Assembly (NCBI GenBank): GCA_040954595.2 | Contig: CM082584.2 | Coordinates: forward strand, 4,406,110 to 4,470,109 | Length of the DNA: 64,000 nt | Reading direction: 5' to 3' | From: Balanoglossus misakiensis | Lineage: Eukaryota; Animalia; Hemichordata | Shown: positions 26,257 to 39,318 of the stretch, one piece after another | Layout: each line of letters begins with the position of its first letter | Numbering within the stretch: position 1 is the first letter of the stretch | Translations under genes and position numbers: made by a program | The notes under the pieces: generated by a model | The model's database searches: none | Seen by the model: only the letters and a program-made list of their open reading frames with translations | What the model was told of the DNA's origin: nothing

Positions 26257-28674
26257 TTAGGGGTACTCTACTTTTACAAGTAATCCATACGGCACAACGG
26301 CTCCTCTTTCTTTTGTAGACCACTCGACGTCTGCATTGTCGAAATAAGGGTCAATGGGACGACCCCTTGCGCCAATCGTTTCCGGACCTACGGAGTACGA
26401 ACCCGGTCGGATCCAAACTTGAAAAGCGACCTTTGCGCCGTATTCATGCCCTATGTGTGGTGTCACGCTAAGGAGACAAATCAAAAGTTTATTTTTAAAT
26501 AGAGGATCAAGCCCTTATAAGGTGAAAGCTTTGGGAAATTGCAAAAAATCGAGTGAACATAAGGATATTCTACCAAAAACACCTTAGCATCATTGGGGTC
26601 ACAGTATATACTGCTCTTTTATTCACAATTTTGACCCGATTTTCTCCCAAGACGTAACACAGAGAATTATTGCTGTAGTTGGAAAATTAGTACGAGAAAA
26701 TTGTTTCTACGTGACCAATATGAGTCATAAGGAAGGACAGACTGCATCCGATGGCATCAGGTAGACCCAAACACGACTGACTCACACATGTGGACGTCGC
26801 TCTAAGACATGAATTCATTGAAACTGTAATACATTTATTAGTATGAATTATGATTGGCCGAAATGCTCTATACGTATTACAAGCATCAACATGTTCATGA
26901 ATATGTACATAACTAATTGTTTACCATATTGGACGGGCATATGCATTATGACCAGCATAGTTTATAGTTGGTGATACAAAAATTTGCTTGGTATCAAAAC
27001 CACGTGGTTTCCAACCGTCGTTGAAGTGTCCAATCTGTTCGGACGTTTGCTGTCCTCCTAGGGCAACGTCTCCTGTAAAGGAAACAAATGTCCAACAAGA
27101 GCTAGAACATTTCTAGTTTTCACGAATGAACGGCTGCGTATTTCTCCGCTGTGCTCGCTATACATTTACACTACACTAAACTTATTTAGCATAAGCCTAT
27201 ATAGCTAATGGGAGTACAATACATTATAATAAATAGGCCTACAATACAATAAATACAATGCATTAAATACAATGCAATGCAATGTAATGCAGTACAGTAC
27301 AGTACAGTACAGTACAGTACAGTACAGTACAGTACAGTACAGTACAATACAATACAATACAATACAATACAATACAATACAATACAATACAATACAATAC
27401 AATACAATACAATACAATACAATACAATACAATACAATACAATACAATACAATACAATACAATACAATACAATGACATACCTGGAATAAGAAATTGTCCA
27501 TCGTCAAGTATGGGGGCGACTCTATCAAAAGTAGTACCATGATATGCAACGTGCCATATTTTATCTATTTTCAAGCTTTCCAGTTTGTGTTTCTTTACAC
27601 TGAAGAAAATAAATTATATATTGATTGATTAAAACAACGAAGATGCAGACACAACGCAGTTTTCATGTGCTTCAAAAGATACGGGAGTGACATGAAAGAA
27701 GGGATGTCTGATATGGCCAAAGAGTTAGTTCTACCGTGTCCTGTCATATTTGAAACTTCACAAATTACGGTAACCTTAACTTTATCAAGTGAAGTAGAGG
27801 GTTGAGTAAATGTCAAGTAACTGGATACCTATAATCTTTAAAACAAAATTAAAGAAAATAACTACAAGTAATCGATTTCGTCGAAAAACCTCATATATAG
27901 GGATGGAATACTTAGATGCAAAATATAGTATCGTATTGGTATTAACAACATTTTAACTCTACAATAGAAAAAAATATGTTTAAAATATGTTATCTTCCGA
28001 ACGATGCTAAGTTTAATGTGGAACCACTATTTACTCACTCTAGAGAGAAGCGTGCCCAGCCAACTGGTGGTGCGTACATCGAAGGCGGGTTTCCCCTTTC
28101 ATACGTCTGCTCGTCACCTCGTTTCCAATTGCAGGTACTACAGTAACACCGGCTGTGTTGATAATAGTCACTGAAACAAGAATCTGGAAAAGGGTATACA
28201 TGTACTATACTGAATTTGAAACTTTGTTATTTCCATTTCACGTATATGTCATTGAAGATCTTTATCACTTTAACGATACATGTATTGCACTTTAGAAGGC
28301 TGACGGGCTTTCTGCCTTCGTAGCTGTTTACTTTGGGAAGAAAATAGTTGTAGAATGGCACTGAAGCCTGTAAATTGCAAGCGGTGTTTATCAAAGGCTA
28401 CGATCGAGAATTTCTTACCAACATTCTCCAATGGTAGGTAGGTAGGTACGTACGTAGCACACGTATGTAATATTTGTACGTACGTATACAATGTTTGTTT
28501 GACCGTACGACGCGATATTACAAACTGCGCGCCTTTTTACCATCGCCAAAATAAATATGTCTTAATTACTACACCAATGTCGGTGATATGTACCTGGTAG
28601 GCGCAACAATGACACAACCATGGCACATTTTTCATAGTATCGGCAATTGATTTGGGGAGGAACACCATCTTGTC
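26257..28674 (-). CDS. NEURL4-type C-terminal ADP-ribosyltransferase domain protein, core exons 28674-28594, 28183-28039, 27599-27481, 27072-26925, 26467-26257
   Basis: The spliced, phase-consistent ORF reads CRYYEKC..RCYCSTC..RGNPPSMYAPPVGWARFSL..WHVAYHGT..IFVSPTINYA..AFQVWIRPGSY..VEWSTKERGAVVPYGLLVKVE. This matches the NEURL4 C-terminal ART-like domain as I recall it. All introns are GT-AG. Confidence 0.88.
27272..27473. repeat. Compound pentanucleotide microsatellite (CAGTA)n(CAATA)n in an ART intron
   Basis: Direct read of the sequence. Confidence 0.98.
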
Positions 28675-29150
28675 CTAAAACATAATACAAATACATGATC
28701 TTATATACTTTGATTACTTCGCATTAAGCTTACTAAACGTGATATGGTTTGATTAAATGAAAAAAAAAACAGGCCATAGTCGAATGTTTTATAGGAGGCT
28801 GTCGCCGGAAGTCCATTTGTGAGACTTATATATATAGCGTTGGTATTGCTAATACAATCCAAGAGGGCCCTGTCCATCGCCTACCGCTCATAGAACAAGT
28901 GGCGCCATCAAGCATTCTGACCTGGAGAACATGGGGGTTTGTCTGCCCCTCCGTCAATTTACTCCCAGGCTTTTCCATTCGTTTACATCACGGATCCTTT
29001 TTAGGTATCTCATTAATATATCATTTCTAATCCAAAGACTCTACAGAATCTAGAGTCAAAATATCGTATTCTGTTCATGCCCACATTTTGCAAAGGATTA
29101 CGATAACATGAAGAGTCTTCTGTAACGTCAAGCTAAATTTGAAAACTTGC

Positions 29151-32100
29151 CTCTCCCAGGTTCGTATATACGTCGTTCATGCAGCTAAAATAAAATTAAA
29201 AGTACATTTAATGAGATCCATGTGTATTACGTGCGTGCCTGTCATGAATGCCATATGGCATTTATGCCCACATGTATGTATGAGAATGTGTAAGTCGCAG
29301 CCTACACTGCAAAGTATACGCCATATAAACTCCCATAAATGCCTCGACATGGACAATGTACATCAAGGCTGACAGCAAGATTTTTTGTGTTTGAAAACGC
29401 CATTGATAAACGTGCAAAGAAGACAACAGAAAAACACTTTACTGGACGTACCGTCTGTTGACTGAACTGGGTCACCATGTTTTCCATTTCATAATAGTAA
29501 GTCCCGATCGGCTCTGTTAATCAGGAAAAGAAACAACAGGGGGGCTGCAAACATGAAAGTTATAAATGGCGGAGTACGTTCCGATCTGCATTTTCCCTAG
29601 GCGAGCCGTAACAACACAGCCCTGCCACGCAGAGCACAGGGGGCTGCAAACATGAAAGTTATAAATGGCGGAGCTTCTGCATTTTCCCCCAATAAACATT
29701 ACTTGATGAACAGTCAGTGCCTTTCACACGTGCCGTCAACTCCGCCTCAGAGGTGGCCCTAGGGCGGCGTTAATTGGTAAGTGCCACGTGTGAAAAGGTG
29801 AGAGCGGCCCTGCGCCGCACTTTTTCTGGGACGGTGTTGAGGGGTGGGACCTGGGTCGGGGCGCCGCACTAAACAGCGAATCAAATCACGTGTGAACAGA
29901 AACACCGCACTAAACGCCGATCTAAACGCCCTCTACCGACGCGGTTTGTCTCATTAAGCGCTGCATTAAAGGCTTTAAAGGTCCCATGCCATGCCCTATA
30001 CAACCACGCGTAAAATCACTCTTTGGGTCTTGAAGTTAACGTATGTTACTATCTTGCATTGCGTATTACCCTCTGTGCTTAGATAACAGGCAAGTAAAAG
30101 TGACGAGTGGGCGTGTACCCCTAACCCAACTCAGTCGATTTTTTTCGGCTTTTCGAAGTTAAGCCGAAGACTTATCTTGATGTGGACAAATAGTCTTTCA
30201 CACCTTTGTAAATCCTCTGCCTGTAATGTGAGGCAAGGGTTTCCTTTGCTTTGAACACTGTTTATGTAGCTTGCCTTTGTCTGTGGACTTAATTACTCAT
30301 GGACCGCTAATTACACTTTACTGTAAACAGAATGGTACACTACGACATAGTGTACTTGTTTGTCCATATGCAAATACCTTCGCCTGGCTCGAGTGCGAAG
30401 TGGCTCCCTGATCACAGGCATGATAAAAGGGGGCAAATTCCGGCATTCGTGCACATTTTTCGGAACCGACACAATAGGCAATGCATAGACGGGTACCCTA
30501 GGTGAGCTTTAGATGGGGAAAAATGAAAACTTTTCAAAGCATGTCATAAACCCTTTAAGCTGTAACTTTTGGGATAATTTTTATAATTTTTGTTTCAAAC
30601 TGCACTACCATTAGTCCATGCAGATGAAGGCAGTGAACTATACACAAGCATTATAAACCCTAAATATGAGTGCATATGCAAGTTTTAACCAGATAAATAA
30701 TAAAGCTTTGCCGCAAGCGATTATGGCCGCCACCGTGGGAAAATGCAAGAAACAATGAAAATGTTGCATTTCCGGTTATGAAACTTCATAAACAAAACAT
30801 GATCTCATCCACTTGAGCTCATGGAAGTAAATGTACACCACTGAGACATCAGATTTTCATTTTTCATTGCAATATTGCACTTTTTCTAAAATTGCAGGAA
30901 TTTTCGTTTTTCTTTAATTTTTGGCCATTTTGTCATAAATAAGTGTTGATCTTGATATATTATCGAGAAATATCATGTAATAGACATAATTAAAAGCATA
31001 TATGAGATTATTCAAAACTTTAATTTTTTATCCAGTTGCAGCTCATGTACCTTTAAGCGTTGAGGTTCACTTTACTAAAACAATGGCCGAAGCAGTGTCT
31101 CGACGCAACAATTGGAGTGACGCGGAAATGGCCAAGGCACATACACAGGAATTGCAAAGTCAACCTCCGACGACGATTTTGTAGCATGGACTGCAGTCTT
31201 CCAATCGCAACCTCCAATGAAAGGTTACCATAAACGGGTATCGGGTCATTCAAATGCCCATGAAATCGGCGCCGACGACGTTTAAAAAGCAAATTCAAGA
31301 GTACCATATACAGTAAACCACGGGAGTGACCGTGAGTAAACACATCACTGGATCCGCCATTGTGACCTTTAGCCACGCTGCTGTGGACGCGTAGTGGGCG
31401 ATGACCCCGTCCCTTTTATACACATGTGAATGCAAAACTATTTGAGTCGCTGATAAGAAATGTTTACCAACTTTTATAATCCCAAAAAGGGCGCCCCAGG
31501 CTAACCATGGCACGTTAATGTGTTTATTGTAGGTATATTAACCTGTGAGTGACAAAAAGATTGTTTTCCATATTTATGGACGATAGCATTATCCAAATTC
31601 TAATTCTAAGGGAGCATTCGTTTTTTACAGGGAGGGGGGGGGCGGTGGAAATCGGGGGGGGGGGGGTTTACTTTTACAAAGCAGTTTTTAGGGGGGGGGA
31701 CAAATTTTATAATCAAGGGATTATTATATAGGGACTGAAAGGGGGGGACTTGAAAACTTTGACGGCTAAATATTTATTTTGAGTCCACAAAAATGCAGTT
31801 TCGCGTCCTTTATTTTACAAAATTTTCTAATGTGGGAGGGGGACACCCCCTCCCAAACCCACCCCCTTCAATTCTCGGTTTACAATGTCTCCCAACACAG
31901 AATACAAATACTTACAAAATAAAAACAATGTTCAGTTTTACTACCCACTGATGAGGGGAAACATCGGTTTCAAATTCTTTTCATGGGAGCGCTGTGTCCA
32001 TGATATAAGTTTAATCCGGTGGATAAACTTTTTTTTTTGGGGGGGGGGGGGGTCACATTTTAGAAAAGTAATTTCCAGGGGGGGGGGGGTTGCCTTTTAC

Positions 32101-35100
32101 ATTTAGTCGGCGACTCAAATTCCACCGCCCCCCCCCCCTCCCTGTAAAAAACGAATGCTCCCTAACCTTCTTAAAATCGCCTATTAGGCCGTTCACATTA
32201 CTCAAAAAATGCTAGGACCTTGTGGTACGTGGCCGAGCAAAACAGAAGGTGTGAACGGGTCTGGCCGACCCTTGTCCGGACAATTTTTGTCCCAGTCGAA
32301 TGAGAAGGTTCGTGGTCGACTCTGGTCCGACTCTGGTCTCAACCCGGTGTGTGTGGACACGTTTCGTCCGACTCTGGTCCTAGTTGACACCTTTTACAAT
32401 GTACATAACAGTGCAGTCTATCGTTTGAATTGACAATGGTGAAAATCGAATAAACAACCAGAAGAGGACCAACAAGGTTCTGCTTTATAAGGTCAAAGGT
32501 TGGCCAGACAACGTTGGCCAGGACGGTGCCAAACAAAATGTGAACAGGAACTAACGATTGGCTTATCTTGTCACAATCATCGGGATTAGTTTTGCCCGGC
32601 CACGGGCCTAGATGTGAACCCTCTATATTATCATAATTTTCTGACTTCCGTTTGGAGTTAAAATGTCGTATTCTGTACATGTACTTACATGTTGTACAGA
32701 TTGCGATAACATGAAAAGTCTACTGTAACGTATATCTACATGTGAAAACTTACCTGCAGGAGGTGCGGATCAAGCAAAGGTTTTTAAATGGCTGGTACCA
32801 GGTTATTAACTATAAGAATGTAAAACAAATGTTACCCGGAAGTGGTGCCGGTCTCCCACGTGGTGTTACAGGAGGCGCGGATCGAGGTCTGCCGTATCCA
32901 TATAATTCAGGCTGTGGAGGCCATTGCAAAAATAAAATTAAAAATACATTAAATGAAACGCATTTAGGCCACCACAAAATCGCAAACTTGGTAACGTCAC
33001 GCTTTCAAATAATTATGATACATACGATTCATCGACCACCCTATCTGTTTGATGAGCGATATTAATTGAGCACTGTGACATTTTCATGCTGACAAATCTC
33101 ATTATGTATGGGAATGTGTAAATCGCAGCCGACATCCTCAATTATTATGTTCTACACCATATACACTCCCATTCATGGTTTGACATGGATGGTGCACATC
33201 CAGGCTGACATCTAAAAGTTTTTCCATATTTGAAAACGCTAGTGGTAAACGATTTTTAAAAGACGTGCGTATGACTATAGTGTAACACTTTATTGACATA
33301 TACCTGTCTTGCCGCGGCAAAATTACGATACCGTGTCATGCGCATGCTCGCCTCTGTTAATCAGGAAAGAAAAAAACAATATTGACAACTTTGTATATGC
33401 TAGTAATCGCTGTCACATACTGCAAGGTTTTAATTAATATTTAATCAGCAAAATTTGGTAATAAAGTTAGTATGTTTATTGTATGTGTATTTTACTGCGA
33501 GTGACAAAAAAGGACCAATTTCTACGGAAATAACGTTTTTCTTCTCTTGAAATCGCGTAATTATCATCTTCAAACTTTTCGTTTTTATCATGGTCTTTAA
33601 ACAGACATGTCGCAATGGATTCGAATTATAGTTACACAGCTTTAAGTCGGAGAATGCGAATTCATAAATTTCGCAATATTTGTGCATGTGGCCAGTAATC
33701 CGCTGCCAGAAAATGACGGTCTTCAATACAGAAATTCTACATCAAGCAAATGTTTTTAAATGGCTGGTACCAGGTTATTAACTATAAGAATGTCAAACAA
33801 ATGTTACCCGGAAGTGGTGCCGGTCTCCCACGTGGTGTTACAGGAGGCGCGGATCGAGGTCTGCCGTATCCATATAATTCAGGCTGTGGAGGCCATTGCA
33901 AAAATAAAATTAAAAATACATTAAATGAGAACCATGTGTATTACGTGCCCACACGCATTTCGGCCCATACAAAATCGCAAACTTCGTAACGTCTCGTTTG
34001 CAAACAATTATGCCACATGTTTATTAAATAATATTCCTACGACTCATCAGCCTCTCTATATCTGTTTGATGGACGATATTTTTGGAACACCGTGACATTT
34101 AGGCTGCATTCACAAACACCTCTGGAGGGGGGGGGCAGGAGAATTGAGGGGGGGGGGATTTGAAAAAATTGAGGGTATGTAAGGGGGGGATTTGAAATAA
34201 TTTAGGGACTGAAAGGGGGGGACTTGAAAACTTTGACGACTAAATATTTATTTTGAGTCCACAAAAATGCAGTTTCGCGCCCTTTATTTTACAAAATTTT
34301 CTAATGTGGGAGGGGGACACCCCCTCCCACACCCACCCCCTCCATTCATCAACACCTTTCAATCATTGACTGGTTTATCTAGTGTCCCAGGTCAGGGGAC
34401 TTGCCCCCACCCCATGATAACTTTGAGCCCCGACGGTTAAATTTGTCCTCCCTAACATACCGGTCGTTGAGTTAATTTGCTTTTGCCGGGTTCATTAAAA
34501 TGCAGCTTTGAGCTCTGTATTTTATAAAATTTTCTTACGTGGGACGGGGACACCCCCTCCCAAACCCACCCCCTTCAATTCTCGGTTTACAATGTCTCCC
34601 AACACAGAATACACATTCTTAAAAATTAAAAACAATGTTCAGTTTTAATACCCACTGATGAGAGGAAACATCAATTTCAAATTATTTTCATGGGAGCGCT
34701 GTTTTTCTTTTTTACAATATATTAGATAGATAGGTGATGTGTTTTGCTGTGTGAAAGAAAATGGGGGGGGGGATTTCAAATTTTTAGCAGTTCGGAAGGG
34801 GGGTATTTGAAAATATTTCGGGTTGTGTAGGGGGGCATGTGAAAATTAACGGTAAAAACAATTGAATTCTCCCGCCCCCCCCCTCCAGAGGTGTTTGTGA
34901 ATGCAGCCTTACCGGTATATATAAAGATGCTGACAAATCTCCTAACTGTATGTAAATGTGTACGTTGCAGTGAAGTAAAAGACTTCAAAGAATATTGTTT
35001 AAGCAATAAAACGCCCCCAGCCATGGTATACCACGAGATTTTGACCAGTTCACGACATATACGCACGAGCGATAGCGAGTGCGTATATGGAGTTGAACTG

Positions 35101-35538
35101 GTCAAAATCGAGTGGTATACCATGGCTGGGGGTGTTTTATTGCTATTATATTATACCAGTATATTGAAACTTTGCATAAAACATTTTAAAAAGGCACTTT
35201 CTTTGACTATGAGTTTTGCGTGATATATGACTGTGGTATGTGACGAATATATCACAGTCACGTGTCGTGTCTCGACCAATAAAATAGCGTGATTTACACC
35301 ATCAATATACTGGTATAATACAATGTATAATCTACAATATATATACTCGCATTAATGCCTTGACATAGGTAATGCACATCCAGACTGACAGCAACATGTC
35401 TTTCCATAATGTGAAAACGCCATTGATAAACAGCTTTAAAAATAACGTGCGTGTCTGACCATAGAGTAACACATTACTGACGTACCGGCGGTCGATAGGC
35501 CATGTCTGCCACTTGATAACGCCGTGTCTCGATTGACT
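29151..35538 (-). CDS. Putative upstream micro-exons of the ART gene: 35538-35486, 33883-33808, 33353-33304, 32911-32836, 29513-29452, 29184-29151 (GC donor)
   Basis: Each has an AG acceptor and a GT/GC donor. Phases alternate 1-0 and 0-1 and join in frame to exon 28674: ESIETRRYQVADMAYRPP|PELYGYGRPRSAPPVTPRGRPAPLP|EASMRMTRYRNFAAARQ|PELYG...|EPIGTYYYEMENMVTQFSQQT|LHERRIYEPGR|GQDG. No start codon identified. Confidence 0.6.
29970..31052. mobile_element. Kolobok-like MITE family B, interrupted in its left TIR by family C
   Basis: ttaa|agg...cct|ttaa. The body is nearly identical to the intact copy at 62136-62605. Confidence 0.8.
29979..30554. mobile_element. Kolobok-like MITE family C (nested)
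   Basis: TTAA on both sides and imperfect TIR aggtcccatgccatgc / gcatgtcataaaccct. A partial homologue is at ~60010-60267. Confidence 0.75.
31610..32162. mobile_element. PIF/Harbinger-like MITE (family I)
   Basis: Long TIR gggagcattcgttttttacagggag... with a TAA target duplication. Confidence 0.85.
32187..32623. mobile_element. PIF/Harbinger-like MITE (family D)
   Basis: ggccgttcacat...atgtgaacc ends. The first ~120 bp recur at 60281-60401. Confidence 0.65.
34102..34908. mobile_element. PIF/Harbinger-like MITE (family J)
   Basis: TIR ggctgcattcacaaacacctctggaggggg with a TTA target duplication. Confidence 0.85.
34999..35318. mobile_element. Double-hairpin element family A
   Basis: Same palindromes as 18938-19252, with different flanks. 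Confidence 0.8.
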
Positions 35539-36649
35539 CTGTTAATAAAGAAAGTAAGAATAGGGGCAACGTTGTACACGGTATCAATCGCTGTCAAATA
35601 CTGCAAGGATTTAAATACATGCATATGTACTATTTAATCAGCAAAATTTGGTTGAAATGTTTGGTCTATGTACATTTTACTGTGTTTTACAAAAAGATAT
35701 TTTTCTACGAATGAGAACACAGATTGGATGAGGTGTGTGTTTTACAATATACACATGTTGACTGGCCATGAGGGCAACAGCATATACGTCTGAAACCCTA
35801 GGGACTGTGAATCACCCTAACTAAATAATAGCACATGTTAGCGAGGGCAATATCATGATCTTTAGCCTGCTCGAGGGATGGTGATCTCTGACCATAATAT
35901 TGATGATGGCCCCATTTTTCTACATGTATCCCCTGTCTATCATTTGAAGTGGCTACGTATTCATCTATTTTATAGATAGTTTTCACATATGATTTAAAAC
36001 TGAAGCATATTCGGCAAAACATCAGACATTATTTATATCCGCGCATTTTGATTACCACCATGGCCCTTGAAATCCCGACATTTTCAGTGCATGGAATTTA
36101 GATCCACACTATATCGCAGACTTAGCAACGTCACACTTACAAAATTATGAGGTATTTACAAAAGTTCACTCAAATTTTTTGTGTTAGGAAGGGGAAGTTA
36201 CTCAGATTCCCCATGCCTGGAATTGGCTGGGGGCGGTGGTTACTCAAAATATTGGAGTTTCTTATGAAATTCCTCCCCCCCGGCCGTAAATAATGACAGC
36301 TCCCTAAGGAGTAGGCGATATCGGTGGAAGAGTATGTACAAAAACACAAACAATCGATGACTTTTCAGGGTTGGTTCGTGGACGCTTAAATCCACAGATT
36401 TCTCAATCATATTCGATTCACGCAACTAATGAATACGTATCAAGTTCGGTTTGAGGTCAAGTTGAATTCTGATTGCGCGTGCATGCGCGAATAAGTGGTG
36501 TTCCTTTTTTCTTAGAATAAATGCATCAGAGTTCCTCTTTGACGAAAAATACTGATCAACGATCAAGTGAGATTCCTTCCGAGTTGTGTGCACTAAGCAG
36601 ACACACTTCAATAATTTGGTTAACATCATGAAAGTCTGATGTTTTCATC

Positions 36650-37390
36650 TTTTCGCTCAACAAGACTTCTTTGTTGTTGTTTTCTCATTTTAGTAAAAAC
36701 ACTTCTGTTCTTTGTTCCGGACAATGCTTTTCAATTGGAAACGTCGTATCACGATCGACGCTGTTATCAGAAAAGAAAACAATAGGAGCAACTTTGTACC
36801 CGGCACACCTATATTCCTTTGTGTAAATTAGCTGTTTCCATGGTGCACTTTAAAAACAAAACAAAACAAAACAAAACAAAACAAAACAAAACAAAACAAA
36901 ACAAAACAAAACATCACTCATATCTTTATTTTAAAATTTCGCTCAACAAGATTTCGTTGTTTTCTCATTTTCGAAAAAACATTTCTGTTCTTTGTTCCTG
37001 ACTATGCTTTTCAATTGGAAACGTCGTATCACGATCGACGCTGTTATCAGAAAAGAAAACAATAGCAGCAACTTTGTACCCGGCACACCTATATTCCTTT
37101 GTCTAAATTAGCTGTTACCATGGTGCACTTTAAAAACAAAACAAAACAAAACAAAACAAAACAAAACATCACTCATATCTTTATTTTAAAATTTCACTCA
37201 ACAAGATTTCTTTGTTTTCTCATTTTAGTAAAAACATTTCTGTTCTTTGTTCCTGACTATGCTTTTCAATTGGAAACGTCGTATCACGATCGACGCTGTT
37301 ATCAGAAAAGAAAACAATAGGAGCAACTTTGTACCCGGCACACCTATATTCCTTTGTGTAAATAAGCTGTTTCCATGGTGCACTTTAAAA
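36650..37390. repeat. Three satellite monomers at the low-copy (probable source) locus
   Basis: Same monomer as 1-7497, followed by a single copy of the 1.5-kb unit and ST6Gal copy 2. Confidence 0.95.
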
Positions 37391-37711
37391 ACAGAACACA
37401 CCATTGGTTCGAAATATAGTTATACACATTATATCACAATTTGGGATGCAAAATGAAAAAAAATATGAGAGTTCATCATTTTGATTTGTTATTCCATATA
37501 TTTGAACACTATCAATCTTTATATATCGCCGTACCGTGTGCAGTGTCAATTTCTCATGTATATTGTTACAACGTTGGCGACTATTGTGTTTGAAGACGTC
37601 AATTTGTCTTTAACGTTACCATTTGAGAAAAATCCGACAGGGCAGTAAAATTCCATGACAAAATGTCAATAACGGGTATACCCCTAATGAACCCCTTGGT
37701 TTGAAATACGA

Positions 37712-38089
37712 CATCGTCGCAAACCACGGCCCTTTTACGGCAGCGCTCTGCTCCCCGCAAAAAGGCCGTGGTATAATACGGCCATGTATTCAGTATTTGG
37801 TCTAGGCGCTTTCACAGTACATCCAACAACCAATCAGATTGCTTGTTACATCCCATTCACGCATCTCATTACATCTCATTCTAAACAACATGGCGGCTTC
37901 CAGTGGCAGTGCTCTGAGTCTGAGTGAGAGCGAAGAAGGTGCACTTTGATTGGCCAGATTATAATGATGTCATCTCATGAATATGCATTACCAATATGTT
38001 CAAATACCAGCGCGGTACTCCATTTTAACCAGAGTACGTGATTTCGATAGTAAAACGAAAGAAATCCGTAGTCTGGTGGGGCGAGAATG
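37712..38089. mobile_element. ~380-bp insertion with CAT...ATG termini and 8-bp flanking repeat aaatacga
   Basis: Absent from array units, which read tttgaaaaacgattga at the empty site. Imperfect TIR catcgtcgc / gcgagaatg. Confidence 0.7.
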
Positions 38090-39318
38090 AAATACGATTG
38101 ATTTCCCATTTTTCTCATTTATCTTCATAATGCAATAGTCAACATTGGCAATGCCTTGGATATCTCCTGAAATTCAGTGTCTTGCAGCATTTTTATCAAG
38201 TAATATAATTTATATCCGCGCATTTTGATTACCACCAGGTGTTCGCGTCGCTCCCGAAATCCCATCGTCCGCTCACACGGGTTGTTGCAAGACATTGGTG
38301 GGCGAAGATGTTTCACGTTTCCGAATTGATAAAATAAATTTGAACTTGGACTCTGTCTCGGTTGTTGCATTGTCTTCGTTCACGTTTTTGTCATGAAAAG
38401 CGATCATAAATTACCTAACTGTTGAAAAATGCGCAGCAAACTAGACTGGGACTTATAAAACTTACCTGCAGTATGTCGACGTCGTCTTAGTACAAATCAA
38501 ATGAGACTTTGTTAACAATAGCACACATTTTATGTACTAGTATCAGTGAGCAATAAATTATCTACGAACAATATGTATATTAATTATTATGCCACATACC
38601 CGATTGGTTACTCCGAAGGATCAACCATTTTATGTAGGGTATCCAAGATCGTTTTTATAGCCCTTTATTAGGAGGAAGTTGATGTAATTATATGTAAGTT
38701 TTTGTGGAGTTGACATTTAGAAAAGAGTTGTAAGTACAGGTTTTGAATTTCACCTGATATAAGATTAAATCAATTAAACGTGAAAGGTTAGTAATACTAT
38801 AGACTAAAATCAAGCTAAATTTGAAAACTTGCCATCCGTTGGTCCGGATTGGGGGTTGTCGTATTCAAATTAAGGCAGTCGATTCCATGGCTACATGTAC
38901 AAACAAATTAAACAGAAATTCCATGGAAACCATGTACACTACGTGCCTACAGATTGTACGCCAAGGTTTTAAATGACTGGTGCCAGGCTAGTAACAATAT
39001 GGATGTAAACAAAAACGAGGCAGTATGTGAAGTCAGTTTTATTTAGACCGTTAAATTAGACCGGGTCGCGTTTCACAGCTTAGACACCATGTCATATGCC
39101 TTGCTCCATGTTAATCAAACAAGTAATAAACAAATCGGGCGCAAAGGCCAAGTAGCCGACAAAATATGCAAATGATATGAAAGCTTCTATGATGATGATG
39201 GGGTGGGGAGCTAGTGGGAGTTGGAGTGGGAACTGCACGGTGCCCTGTGTGTAGTTAGTTGCAAAGTTACACTAACTTGCAACTACGATGTACAATGTAC
39301 ATGTATGCGGACAAATCC

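Noticed and set aside
27186-27489. YCIVL/QYNTI repeat ORFs
   Set aside because: Intronic pentanucleotide microsatellite; only 27599-27481 is exonic.
35860-35930. Possible extra micro-exon KWGHHQYYGQRSPSLEQ
   Set aside because: An acceptor-like acatgtag is present but there is no convincing donor.
38125-38370. MQQPRQSPS... ORF (and array copies) as the first ART exon
   Set aside because: It has an ATG and a possible GTAATC donor, but no homology and I could not join its phase to the next intact exon; left unassigned.
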